From a virus, in the IMG/VR virus record IMGVR_UViG_3300032217_000845, positions 61,777 to 125,776 of that record: DNA of 64,000 nt; one strand, given 5' to 3'. Shown one piece after another: positions 10,108-17,937 of the stretch. The translations under genes were made by a program, and so were the position numbers. Below the pieces are notes generated by a model. It was not told where the DNA came from. It saw nothing but the letters and a program-made list of their open reading frames with translations, and searched no databases. Numbering within the stretch: the stretch's first letter is position 1; each line of letters starts with the position of its first letter.

Positions 10108-10296
10108 GGTCTAGGGGTTAGGTCAAGTGCCTAGCCCCTAATCTTATGTTCGGGGTCTGTGGAAAAAACGAATACACCTCGCTTGGCACGGCTACTAGCT
10201 TTTGCTGTGGTGTGCTGTCTTACTTGACTTTCTTATGTTTCTATGTTAGGCTCTCGGTAGAGCCTGAAAATCTCGGGTTCTAGAAAGTGGGTTCCA

Positions 10297-10755
10297 ATGT
10301 CCAAGCCAGCCAGCGATAAGCAGGTAGCGTTTCTTACCACGCTCGCAAGCGAGCGTATCTACGAGGGTGCGACCGAGTTCGCTACCCTTACCTCTGCCGA
10401 GGCTTCCGACCTAATCGGTCAGTTGCTAAACGCACCACGCAAGTCCAGCACCTCTACTTCATACGAGCGTATTACGGAAGAGGGCGTGTATCAAAACGCC
10501 GAGGGCGACATCTTCCGTGTCCAGCGTTCCCGTGAGAGTGGCAACCTCTACGCCAAGCGTCTAGACATCTTTGAGGGTGGCTTTGTCTATGAGGCAGGGC
10601 TACTTCGCAAAATCACACCTAGCGACCGACTAGGCGTTGAGCAAGCCAAGGCTCTTGGAGTTCAGTATGGCTTCTGTGTAGTCTGTGGTATCTTGCTTAC
10701 CGACCCTAAGAGCGTTGAGCAGGGTATCGGTCCTGTGTGTATCAAGCGTGTCTAA
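10297..10755 (+). CDS. DUF6011-like zinc-ribbon protein
   Basis: C-terminal CVVCGILLTDPKSVEQGIGPVC. Confidence 0.75.
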   Translation: MSKPASDKQVAFLTTLASERIYEGATEFATLTSAEASDLIGQLLNAPRKSSTSTSYERITEEGVYQNAEGDIFRVQRSRESGNLYAKRLDIFEGGFVYEAGLLRKITPSDRLGVEQAKALGVQYGFCVVCGILLTDPKSVEQGIGPVCIKRV

Positions 10756-10994
10756 CGCCTAGCGTTAGTCAAGACCCCCTTGCCAAACGGCAGGGGGGTT
10801 TTCCTTTGTCTAATGCGAAGTTGTGGCACGGGGGGAGATGTATTCGTTTTTTCTGTGGTGCTGGTTTTGGGCTGTGGTCGTTATCAAGTTGTTATGTATT
10901 TATTATGCGTTTATGTAGAAAATGTCTGTGGAGTAGGCTATAATGGTATTAGTTGGAAGTTAGCGAATGTCTAACTCAACTGAAAGGGACGCAA

Positions 10995-11210
10995 ATGGCT
11001 AAGCCAAGTGTGAAGTTAGTTCAGGAATGGGAAGTTGCTTACGAGAGTGGGCTAGTGAAAGTGTCTTACGGCACGGCTGTCTTTGAGCAGGACTATTGGA
11101 AAGTGGAAAACAGGATTATCAACAAGGTTCAGTATTTCTACGGAGAAACTGCGTGGTCGGACGCTAGGCGTAGAGCAAGCGACATTGACTTTGGTGCGTG
11201 GAGTTTCTAA
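10995..11210 (+). CDS. Hypothetical protein
   Basis: RBS GAAAGGG; start corrected from the track. Confidence 0.7.
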   Translation: MAKPSVKLVQEWEVAYESGLVKVSYGTAVFEQDYWKVENRIINKVQYFYGETAWSDARRRASDIDFGAWSF

Positions 11211-11487
11211 CTAAATAATCAAACAAACAAACTAGGCAGGGTTCTCCTCTCTGCCTAGTTTTGTTTTTGCCTGTGGTAATGCGAAGTTGCGTGCGTGCGT
11301 ATGTGTAAGTGCGTGCCTGTGGTTGCGTTCGTGTATTCGTTTTTTCCTAACTACTACGGAACGAAACACGGGTGCTAGTTCGTTATCTGTTTGTTATAGA
11401 AAGTTAGTGTATGAACTTGACTTTATCTTAGTTAGGGTATAGACTACATTTGTAGTCGCAAGGGCTACCAGATGAAAGAGGGAACAA

Positions 11488-11811
11488 ATGGCAACTATCA
11501 AGATTACTTGGGTATCAAAGGGATACTTGGGCGAGTTCAGGGACGCAACTATCCTTGACCTAATCAACAAGGGCTACGATGTTCGTGGCAACGCAACAGC
11601 AGAGTTGGACTTTGACTTTCCAGAGGGCGACACTCTAATCTGTAATGCTATCTACGCAAACACTAACTCCTACACAGGAAAGTTTTGGGACGCATTACAG
11701 GCAGTTATTCCAGCAGACAGACCACACACGGCTCTAAGTATGGGCGACAAGGTTTCTATTGACGGACGAGAGTATGTTTGCTCGGAGTTCGGTTGGAAAC
11801 TTGTAGCCTAG
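11488..11811 (+). CDS. Hypothetical protein (HTALSMGD...YVCSEFGW C-terminus)
   Basis: Cassette context. Confidence 0.75.
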   Translation: MATIKITWVSKGYLGEFRDATILDLINKGYDVRGNATAELDFDFPEGDTLICNAIYANTNSYTGKFWDALQAVIPADRPHTALSMGDKVSIDGREYVCSEFGWKLVA

Positions 11812-12012
11812 CCAAACAGCCAAACAGCCAAACAGCCAGCCGAAAGGTTGGTTGTTTGGTTTTTGCGTTAGTGCGAAGTTGTGGCTGCCAGGAAAAAACG
11901 AATACAGACCCTAGCCCGACACGCCCGACACGACAAGCAACTTGACTTTATTGCTGTGGTATGTTAGACTACAAATGTAGTCAGAAAGATTACGGAACTG
12001 AAAGGGAAACAA

Positions 12013-12231
12013 ATGAACCTACTACAAGCAGAAATCCTAGTTATCGGACTTGAGTTTGAGATTGCTATGGACGGAAAGATGTCTGTTAGTGCCGAACCAG
12101 CGATGAAGTCTTTGGGTCGCCTGATGAACATTGACGCTTATGCTCACTTTGGTAAAGGCGTAAAGGGTCGCCAAAAGGCTCTTGAGTGGCTCAAGGAAGC
12201 GATTGCGGAAGCAGAGAAGCAAGAAGCCTAA
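12013..12231 (+). CDS. Hypothetical protein
   Basis: RBS GAAAGGGAAACAA. Confidence 0.75.
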   Translation: MNLLQAEILVIGLEFEIAMDGKMSVSAEPAMKSLGRLMNIDAYAHFGKGVKGRQKALEWLKEAIAEAEKQEA

Positions 12232-12297
12232 TACGAAGTTAGAAGCCCCCTACGGAAGCGTGGGGGGTTTTCTCGTGCCTGTGGAGTTATGAACACC

Positions 12298-12318
12298 TGT
12301 GGATAACCCTGTGGATAA
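12298..12318 (-). promoter_or_regulatory. Two tandem perfect DnaA boxes
   Basis: TGTGGATAA (reverse complement of TTATCCACA) at 12298-12306 and 12310-12318. Confidence 0.7.
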
Positions 12319-12411
12319 CTTTGGTGGGGTTTGTATTCGTTTTTTCCTAATCACGCTTGCGAGTTGCCTCTACAATAGGAACACGCTTACATTTAGAAAG
12401 AGAGGCTAACT

Positions 12412-12642
12412 ATGGTTTGGATACAAACAAACTTTACCGCCGAAGCAATGAACACGGGCAAGCCAGCGACAGAAACCCCTGTTGTAGCGAAGCCTGAACC
12501 TGTCGTCAAGAAGAAGGCTAAGGCTGAACCTGTGGCAGAAGTAGTAGCAGAAGTAGAAACACCTGCGGTTGAGGTTGAGGAAGTAGTCCTCGCTGAACCA
12601 GAGGTCGCCGAGCCAGAGGTCGCTGAACCCGAAGCAGAGTAA
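12412..12642 (+). CDS. Low-complexity acidic protein (AEPEV repeats)
   Basis: RBS GAAAGAGAGG; terminator at about 12661-12690. Confidence 0.7.
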   Translation: MVWIQTNFTAEAMNTGKPATETPVVAKPEPVVKKKAKAEPVAEVVAEVETPAVEVEEVVLAEPEVAEPEVAEPEAE

Positions 12643-12739
12643 TCACGGCTTATAGTAAAGTCCCCCTTGACTAGAAATAGTTAGGGGGATTTTCTATTTG
12701 GTGTTGCTTTTGTCTGTGGTATGTGATAGACTATAAATA

Positions 12740-13010
12740 ACAAGGAAGCGACGGCTAACTTGGAGTATGGCTGAACAACCTCAATCGTCAGATGGGGGGG
12801 TAAGGCAATGTCGGATACTAGCGTATCGTCTTAGCGGACAAACGGCAGGTGTGCTGAAAAGCGGGCTTAGAACCGAACTGACTTGGCATTGGTGGTAAAA
12901 CGCAATCCACCTACTCAACTACAAACATAAACGGGCTGGTGTGGCGTTTATGTGGCTAACATTAGTGGCTACCAGACAGAACCCTTAGCGGAAACGCTAG
13001 GGGTATTTCT
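12740..13010 (+). ncRNA. Candidate structured non-coding RNA cassette
   Basis: Promoter TTGCTT(12704)-17-TAGACT(12727), terminator 12981-13004 and several internal hairpins. The only ORF noticed is 43 aa (12767..12898) and lacks the array's RBS. Confidence 0.55.
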
Positions 13011-13153
13011 GTTTTTGCGATGTCTGCGGTTGCGGTATGTATTCGTTTTTTCCTAGCCCCTCACGAGAGGCGACACACGCACGGCAGGTGGAGTTGCTTT
13101 GTTTAGGTGTTAGTGGTATGATTACTTTGTAATCAAGCAACGAAAGGGAAAAA

Positions 13154-13522
13154 TTGGAAAACAGAATTACTGAAAAGCAATTAGGGCTTCTAAGAAAACT
13201 AGCCAAAGAAAAATACGCACCAAGTTTGGTTGCGGAGTTGGAGAAGTTTCTAGCAACTGATTTGAGCAAGCAAGGGGCTAGCAACCTTATTGAGAAGTTC
13301 CTAGAAGCACCGAAGAAAAGCGAAAGTCCAGAATACAAAGCCGAACTTGCCGAGAGAGCCAAGCAAGCGAGAGAACGAGCAGAACTAGCCGAGCAAGCCA
13401 AGCAAGCAGAAACCGAGAACTGCCGAGAGTGTAAGCAGGGACACCCTGTCGCACATTTCAATTGTAGTTTCCCGAACAGGATTGGACACACTAGGCACTG
13501 CACCGCTGACTTGTGTTTCTAG
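13154..13522 (+). CDS. Hypothetical protein; N-terminal domain shared with the 10297 ORF
   Basis: TTG start after GAAAGGG; ITEKQL...LSKQGASNLIEKFLEAP. Confidence 0.7.
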   Translation: MENRITEKQLGLLRKLAKEKYAPSLVAELEKFLATDLSKQGASNLIEKFLEAPKKSESPEYKAELAERAKQARERAELAEQAKQAETENCRECKQGHPVAHFNCSFPNRIGHTRHCTADLCF

Positions 13523-13725
13523 TTAGCAACTAGGGAAGTCCCTTAGCCAGAAATGGTTAGGGGGCTTTCTTGCTTTTGGGCTGTGGCTGTGGGTTAGGTG
13601 TATTCGTTTTTTCCTAGCCTCAACTGCGACACGACACGCATACGATAATGACTTGACTTTCTGTTATCTGTGTGTTAGAATACTTATGTATTCAAAGGGA
13701 ATACAAAAACGAAAGGGAAACACAA

Positions 13726-13932
13726 ATGTCAGTAAAAACTCTAGTAGTAGAAATCCACTACCAAGACGGCAGACCAACTCTAAAGCCAATCTACGAGTGC
13801 CACAGCGTAGAAAAGTTTGAGGAGTTTGTGGCTTGGCACAAGGAAAACCTACCAATGAGAACCACCACAACTCTCAAAGCCTACGACTACAACTCAACCA
13901 CCCCTGAACTAACAGAGATGATTATCAAGTAA
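13726..13932 (+). CDS. Hypothetical protein
   Basis: RBS GAAAGGGAAACAC; start corrected from the track. Confidence 0.7.
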   Translation: MSVKTLVVEIHYQDGRPTLKPIYECHSVEKFEEFVAWHKENLPMRTTTTLKAYDYNSTTPELTEMIIK

Positions 13933-14118
13933 GTTAGGCAACCGAGAACCCCCTACGAAAGTGGGGGGTTTTCTTTTGTCTGCGGGTGCGTGTGTTAGTG
14001 CGAAGTTGTAGAGTGTGAAATCGGTAGCGTAAGAAAAAACGAATACACTACGGACACGACAACACGGGGGCGAGTGTGGCTACTTGACTTTTGCTGTGGT
14101 AAGTGGTAGAATAGTATT

Positions 14119-14550
14119 ATGGCAAAACTTCTAGTGCTACAAGGCTTAGTGGCTTCGGGCAAATCAACTTACGCTAAGGGACTTCTATCTATTCACCCTG
14201 CGGGCTACGCTATGCGTATCAACAATGACGACTTATCTACGGCTATGTTTGGCTCTGCGTTTGGCGGTGGTGCTAACACGGCTCAACTGCTAGGCAAACT
14301 TCGGGCGGACTTAGTTCGTCTAGCGTTTCGCAATGGTTTTGAGTTAGTCATTATGGACAACACAAACCTAAACCCGAAAGCCGTCAAGTCATTAGAAAGA
14401 TTGGCGGAGAGTTGCGGTGTTGAGTTTGAGTTGGACAACTCGTTTCTAAGTGTGCCTATTGCGGAGTGCTTGCGTAGAAATGCTCTGCGTGAAAACCCTG
14501 TTCCCGAAAAGGTGGTTTTAGAAATGGCTCGCCTTATTGGAGATGATTGA
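14119..14550 (+). CDS. P-loop kinase, T4 polynucleotide-kinase N-domain/AAA_33-like (leaderless)
   Basis: Walker A GLVASGKST, RINNDDL, VIMDNTNL and ECLRRNALR...VPEKVV motifs. Confidence 0.8.
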   Translation: MAKLLVLQGLVASGKSTYAKGLLSIHPAGYAMRINNDDLSTAMFGSAFGGGANTAQLLGKLRADLVRLAFRNGFELVIMDNTNLNPKAVKSLERLAESCGVEFELDNSFLSVPIAECLRRNALRENPVPEKVVLEMARLIGDD

Positions 14551-14614
14551 CTTTTGCGTTTCTATGTGGTAGAATACTTTTGTAGTCAAAGGGATTGACT
14601 ACTGAAAGGGAAAG

Positions 14615-14815
14615 ATGAACAAGTTCGTTATCACAAAGTCAATAGCAGTAGTCAAGGCAGTTGCTCGTGGTGTTGCGGTAGCAACCGAAAGCAAGGCGAC
14701 CACAAACCGAAAGGCGAAAGTTGCTAACGAGGTAGCCAAGTGCGTTGCCGACTTAGGACTAAACCCTGTTGCGAGTGTGAAGCGTGTTGTGCGTATGGTG
14801 GAAACCCTGCGGTAA
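14615..14815 (+). CDS. Small basic hypothetical protein
   Basis: RBS GAAAGGG; its promoter -35 overlaps the previous TGA. Confidence 0.65.
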   Translation: MNKFVITKSIAVVKAVARGVAVATESKATTNRKAKVANEVAKCVADLGLNPVASVKRVVRMVETLR

Positions 14816-15033
14816 GACTTACAAAGCAAACCCGTCTAGCGAAAGTTAGGCGGGTTTTCTTTTGCTTGCGGTGTTTGCTTCGTGCGTTGTTGTATTCGTT
14901 TTTTCCTAAGTGCTTGCCTAGTGCGACACGCTAGAAAGAAAGTTTGTAAATGAACTTGACTTTTCTGCGGTAGCCTGATAGACTACAAAGGTAGTCAAGG
15001 CAAAGGGCTAAGACACAGATGAAAGGGAAACAA

Positions 15034-15363
15034 ATGACCACAGCAACACAGACCACCGCAAAGGTAATCTCTAAGGTTGAGTTGAGTGCTAAGGGCGTAA
15101 AGGCTCTACAAGCGTTCAACAAAGCAAAGGAAGCGGAAGCAAAGGTAAAGGCAACTAAGTCAAAGGCGGAAGCAATTTTGCGGACAGAGTTGGGCGAAAC
15201 CCCGAACACACAAGCAACTATTCAGGGCGTAGTTGTTGCCAGCGTAGTTGGAAGCAAGAATACTTCGTTTGACCGAGATGCTCTAAAAGAGTTTCTAGGT
15301 GAAGAGAAATACAACGAGTTCCTGCGGACAACCGAATACACTTACATCAAAACCGCTAACTAA
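15034..15363 (+). CDS. Hypothetical protein, paralog of 2959..3312
   Basis: RBS GAAAGGGAAACAA; FDRDALKEFL motif. Confidence 0.75.
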   Translation: MTTATQTTAKVISKVELSAKGVKALQAFNKAKEAEAKVKATKSKAEAILRTELGETPNTQATIQGVVVASVVGSKNTSFDRDALKEFLGEEKYNEFLRTTEYTYIKTAN

Positions 15364-15552
15364 GTTAGCAAGCGAGCAACCGCTAACCGAAAGGTTGGCG
15401 GTTGTTTGCGTTTTTGTTTTGCGGTGTTGCGTTTCGTGCGTGTGTTCGTGTGTCTGCGGTAAGCGTGGAAAAAACGAATACACTTTCGCCAGCCAGCCAC
15501 GCCACGAAAGCGAGTGTTTGCTTTTGTCTGCGGTTAGTGTTAGAGTGTAAGT

Positions 15553-15690
15553 ATGGACATTAGATTTTATGCGTGGAAAGCAGTCGCTAAGGTTGCTAGG
15601 TATTTCAGCAGAGTTGGGTATAACCTATTTAGGCGAGCCGAACACTTCTCTTATCTTTCAGGTAAGAAAGCAAGCAAGTATAAGGCTTGA
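15553..15690 (+). CDS. 45-aa basic protein (leaderless; MDIRFYAWK...)
   Basis: TTGCTT 15518 and TAGAGT 15541, ATG 6 nt later. Confidence 0.6.
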   Translation: MDIRFYAWKAVAKVARYFSRVGYNLFRRAEHFSYLSGKKASKYKA

Positions 15691-15742
15691 CTTTACTGCG
15701 GTAAAGTGATAGAATAGTATTACCAGACAACACTAAGAAAGG

Positions 15743-15991
15743 GTGAAAATGTCTAGCAACTATCCAGACGGCTCTATGATGGGTTCAGGTATTTACGCAA
15801 GCGAGGTTTCGTATGAAGAGTTTGAGTGCGAAAATGAAGAGTGCGGTAAGACCAATGAAGCAGGTGAAACTTCTACTGACGATTGGGGAAACTACTCTAT
15901 CGAGTGTGAGTTCTGCGGTGCTAACTATTTAGAGAGTTCTCTAAGTGATGACCGAGATGACTACTTAGCAGACTACGACCCGAATAACTAA
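15743..15991 (+). CDS. Small acidic zinc-ribbon-like protein
   Basis: CENEEC and CEFC; RBS GAAAGGG (ATG 15749 is an alternative start). Confidence 0.7.
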   Translation: MKMSSNYPDGSMMGSGIYASEVSYEEFECENEECGKTNEAGETSTDDWGNYSIECEFCGANYLESSLSDDRDDYLADYDPNN

Positions 15992-16050
15992 ATAGACTTA
16001 TGCGGTAAGGCGGGGAAAGCCGAACGCAACTTTACATAACTAAATAAACT

Positions 16051-16165
16051 TCTGCCTAACTTGTTTCCCCCTTTCCGTTAGGCAGAGAAAGAGAAACGGG
16101 ACTGCCCCCTAACTAACCCGTTTCTCCTAAACCGCTAGGCGTTTATTCGTCTAGCGGTTTTGTCT
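16051..16165 (+). ncRNA. Candidate small RNA: two hairpins with C/U-rich loops plus terminator
   Basis: Stem 16051-60/16077-86 with loop TTGTTTCCCCCTTTCC; stem 16091-100/16117-26 with loop ACTGCCCCCTAACTAA; terminator about 16129-16160. Confidence 0.5.
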
Positions 16166-16466
16166 TTGTCTGCGGTGTTTGTTTTTGTGTGTTTGTTGTA
16201 TTCGTTTTTTCTTGTGCTTGTGAAACCGCTTCCACTACGCAACTTTGTATTAGTAGGTTGCTTCGCTTCCTTCGCCTTCGCTTCGTGTTGTTGCTTCGCT
16301 TCGCTTTCGTTCGCTTCGCTTCTGCGGTGCTTCGCTTAGTGAGTTGTTTCGTTATCATTTTGTTATAAAGTCGTTATCGTCTTTGTAATCTTATTACTTG
16401 ACTTTTATTCTGCGGTAGAGTAGAATAAGAGTATGTAGAAAATCTACATAGAAAGAAAAGGGAAAG

Positions 16467-16685
16467 ATGAACAACAAGGCAAGAGATACCCGAGCAAGTT
16501 GGGGACTAGTTTCATTTATGTTGGCATTGTTTATTGGTGCTGACGCTTTGGGAAACATAGACACTACGGACTATTACCACGACAGAGCATTAGGTTTCTT
16601 TGTTCTGTTCTTAGGTATTACTTTCGTGCTTTACACTTGGAACGCTATTCAGTATGCGGTATTCCTAAAACGCAATAGACGCTAA
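16467..16685 (+). CDS. Small 2-TM membrane protein (last cassette)
   Basis: Promoter, RBS AAAAGGG and terminator. Confidence 0.7.
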   Translation: MNNKARDTRASWGLVSFMLALFIGADALGNIDTTDYYHDRALGFFVLFLGITFVLYTWNAIQYAVFLKRNRR

Positions 16686-16926
16686 CAACTTCACAACTTA
16701 GCAACCGCCTAGCCGAGAAAGGTTAGGCGGTTCTTTGTTTTTGTTTGTGCTTCTTTCTTTTGCTTCGCTTCGTGCTTCGTGAGAGGTTGAGAAAAAACGA
16801 ATACGCTTCGCAACTTTGTATTAGTGTTTGTCTGCGGTGCTTCGCTTCTAGGTTCTTTCTTTGCTTTGCTTCGCTTCGTAGTTCTTTCGTGCTTCTTTGT
16901 CTTAGTTGCTTCTTTGTCTGCGGTGC

Positions 16927-17742
16927 TTGACTTTCTTGCTTCTTTGTTCTATGTTTGTTTGCTTCGCTTCGCTTCGCTGTTATCATTTCGTTATTATTCT
17001 GTTTGACTTCTTTGCTTCTTTGTTCTATGCTTATTCTTTGTTGTTATCATTTCGTTATCTTTGTATGTTCTTGACTTTGTTAGTCGTTTGTTCTATGCTT
17101 ACTCTTTGTCTGCGGTAATGCTTCTAAGGGGTTGTTTGTTATCATTTCGTTATAAAGGTATAAAAAAAGTGCCTTTGTAGAATAAGCAAGGCGACACTTT
17201 CAGGGATAGGCGTGTGTGTTTGTATCATCTAAGGGGTCGTGGCTTCTATGAGCCTTATAGAGCCTTTTGAGATAGGGGACTTTCAGGATTATTTGGGTTC
17301 GTTATCTGTTCGTTATCTGTCTGTTATCTGTTCGTTATGTGCGGTAATGCTTCTAAGGGGTATTTCCTTGCTTCGCTTCTCTTAGTTAGTTGTTCTCTTT
17401 CCCTGTGCTTACTTGCTTAGTTCTATGCGGTAATGCTTCTACTGCTTGACTTATGTGCTTCTATGTAGTAGAATAGTGTTATCTATTCGTTATCTAATAG
17501 ACTTGACTTTATTAGAATACTTTGATAGAATAGTATTGTCTGCCTCTTTGACCTGACTTGACTTAGTTAGGTTAGGCTTCCCTAACTTACTTCCCTGCGG
17601 TAATGCTTCTACAAGTTAGTTAGTGCTTCGCTTCGCTTCCCTACTTAGTTAGTTGTTTGACTTATTCGCTTATGTCTGTTAGAATAGTGTTATCTATTTG
17701 TTATCTAACTTACTTGACTTTGTTATAGTTTTATGTTATAAT
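16927..17742 (+). promoter_or_regulatory. Seven consensus promoters with no credible downstream gene
   Basis: TTGACT-17-TAnnnT at 16927, 17003, 17071, 17446, 17503, 17657 and 17714. Confidence 0.7.
17567..17585. promoter_or_regulatory. IdeR/DtxR-type iron box (1 mismatch)
   Basis: TTAGGTTAGGCTTCCCTAA versus consensus TWAGGTWAGSCTWACCTWA. Confidence 0.65.
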
Positions 17743-17788
17743 AGTAATGTCTATCTATTGACTATCTCAACCCCTACCCCCTGCCTAC

Positions 17789-17807
17789 TTAGGTTAGGCT
17801 TACCTTA
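17789..17807. promoter_or_regulatory. IdeR/DtxR-type iron box (full consensus match)
   Basis: TTAGGTTAGGCTTACCTTA. Confidence 0.75.
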
Positions 17808-17937
17808 CCTACCCCCTGCCTAGCCCTGTGCGGTAATGCCCTTATAGGCTTACTATTCTCTGCGGTAATAGTGGTAATGGTTCGTTATCATTTCGTTATC
17901 TATTAGTTAGTGCTTGGCTTTGCTGGGTTAGTCTAGG

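Larger units (their letters stand above)
97..16805. repeat. Dispersed inter-cassette element (T)GTATTCGTTTTTTC(C/T), 31 copies
   Basis: Forward copies start at 97, 840, 1358, 1863, 2450, 3378, 3927, 4580, 5156, 5913, 6981, 7976, 8313, 8779, 9273, 9646, 10839, 11332, 12332, 13038, 13599, 14891 and 16197. Reverse copies start at 2779, 6335, 7434, 10161, 11891, 14032, 15467 and 16790. Each lies between a terminator and the next promoter. Confidence 0.97.

Noticed and set aside
12229-12241. loxP-arm resemblance (ATACGAAGTTA)
   Set aside because: Half-sites only, with no inverted partner 8 bp away and no Cre-like gene; treated as part of the TARTRCGAAGT motif.
97-16805. CRISPR array
   Set aside because: The repeat is only 14-16 bp, occurs in both orientations, and the 'spacers' are 300-850 bp containing whole genes; no cas genes.
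97-16805. Classical integron attC array
   Set aside because: No RYYYAAC/GTTRRRY-bounded imperfect palindromes, cassettes carry their own promoters, and no integrase is in the window.
16143-17118. Track ORFs in the low-complexity region (other than 16467..16685)
   Set aside because: Products of CTTCG/GT-rich repeats, with no RBS and overlapping in several frames.
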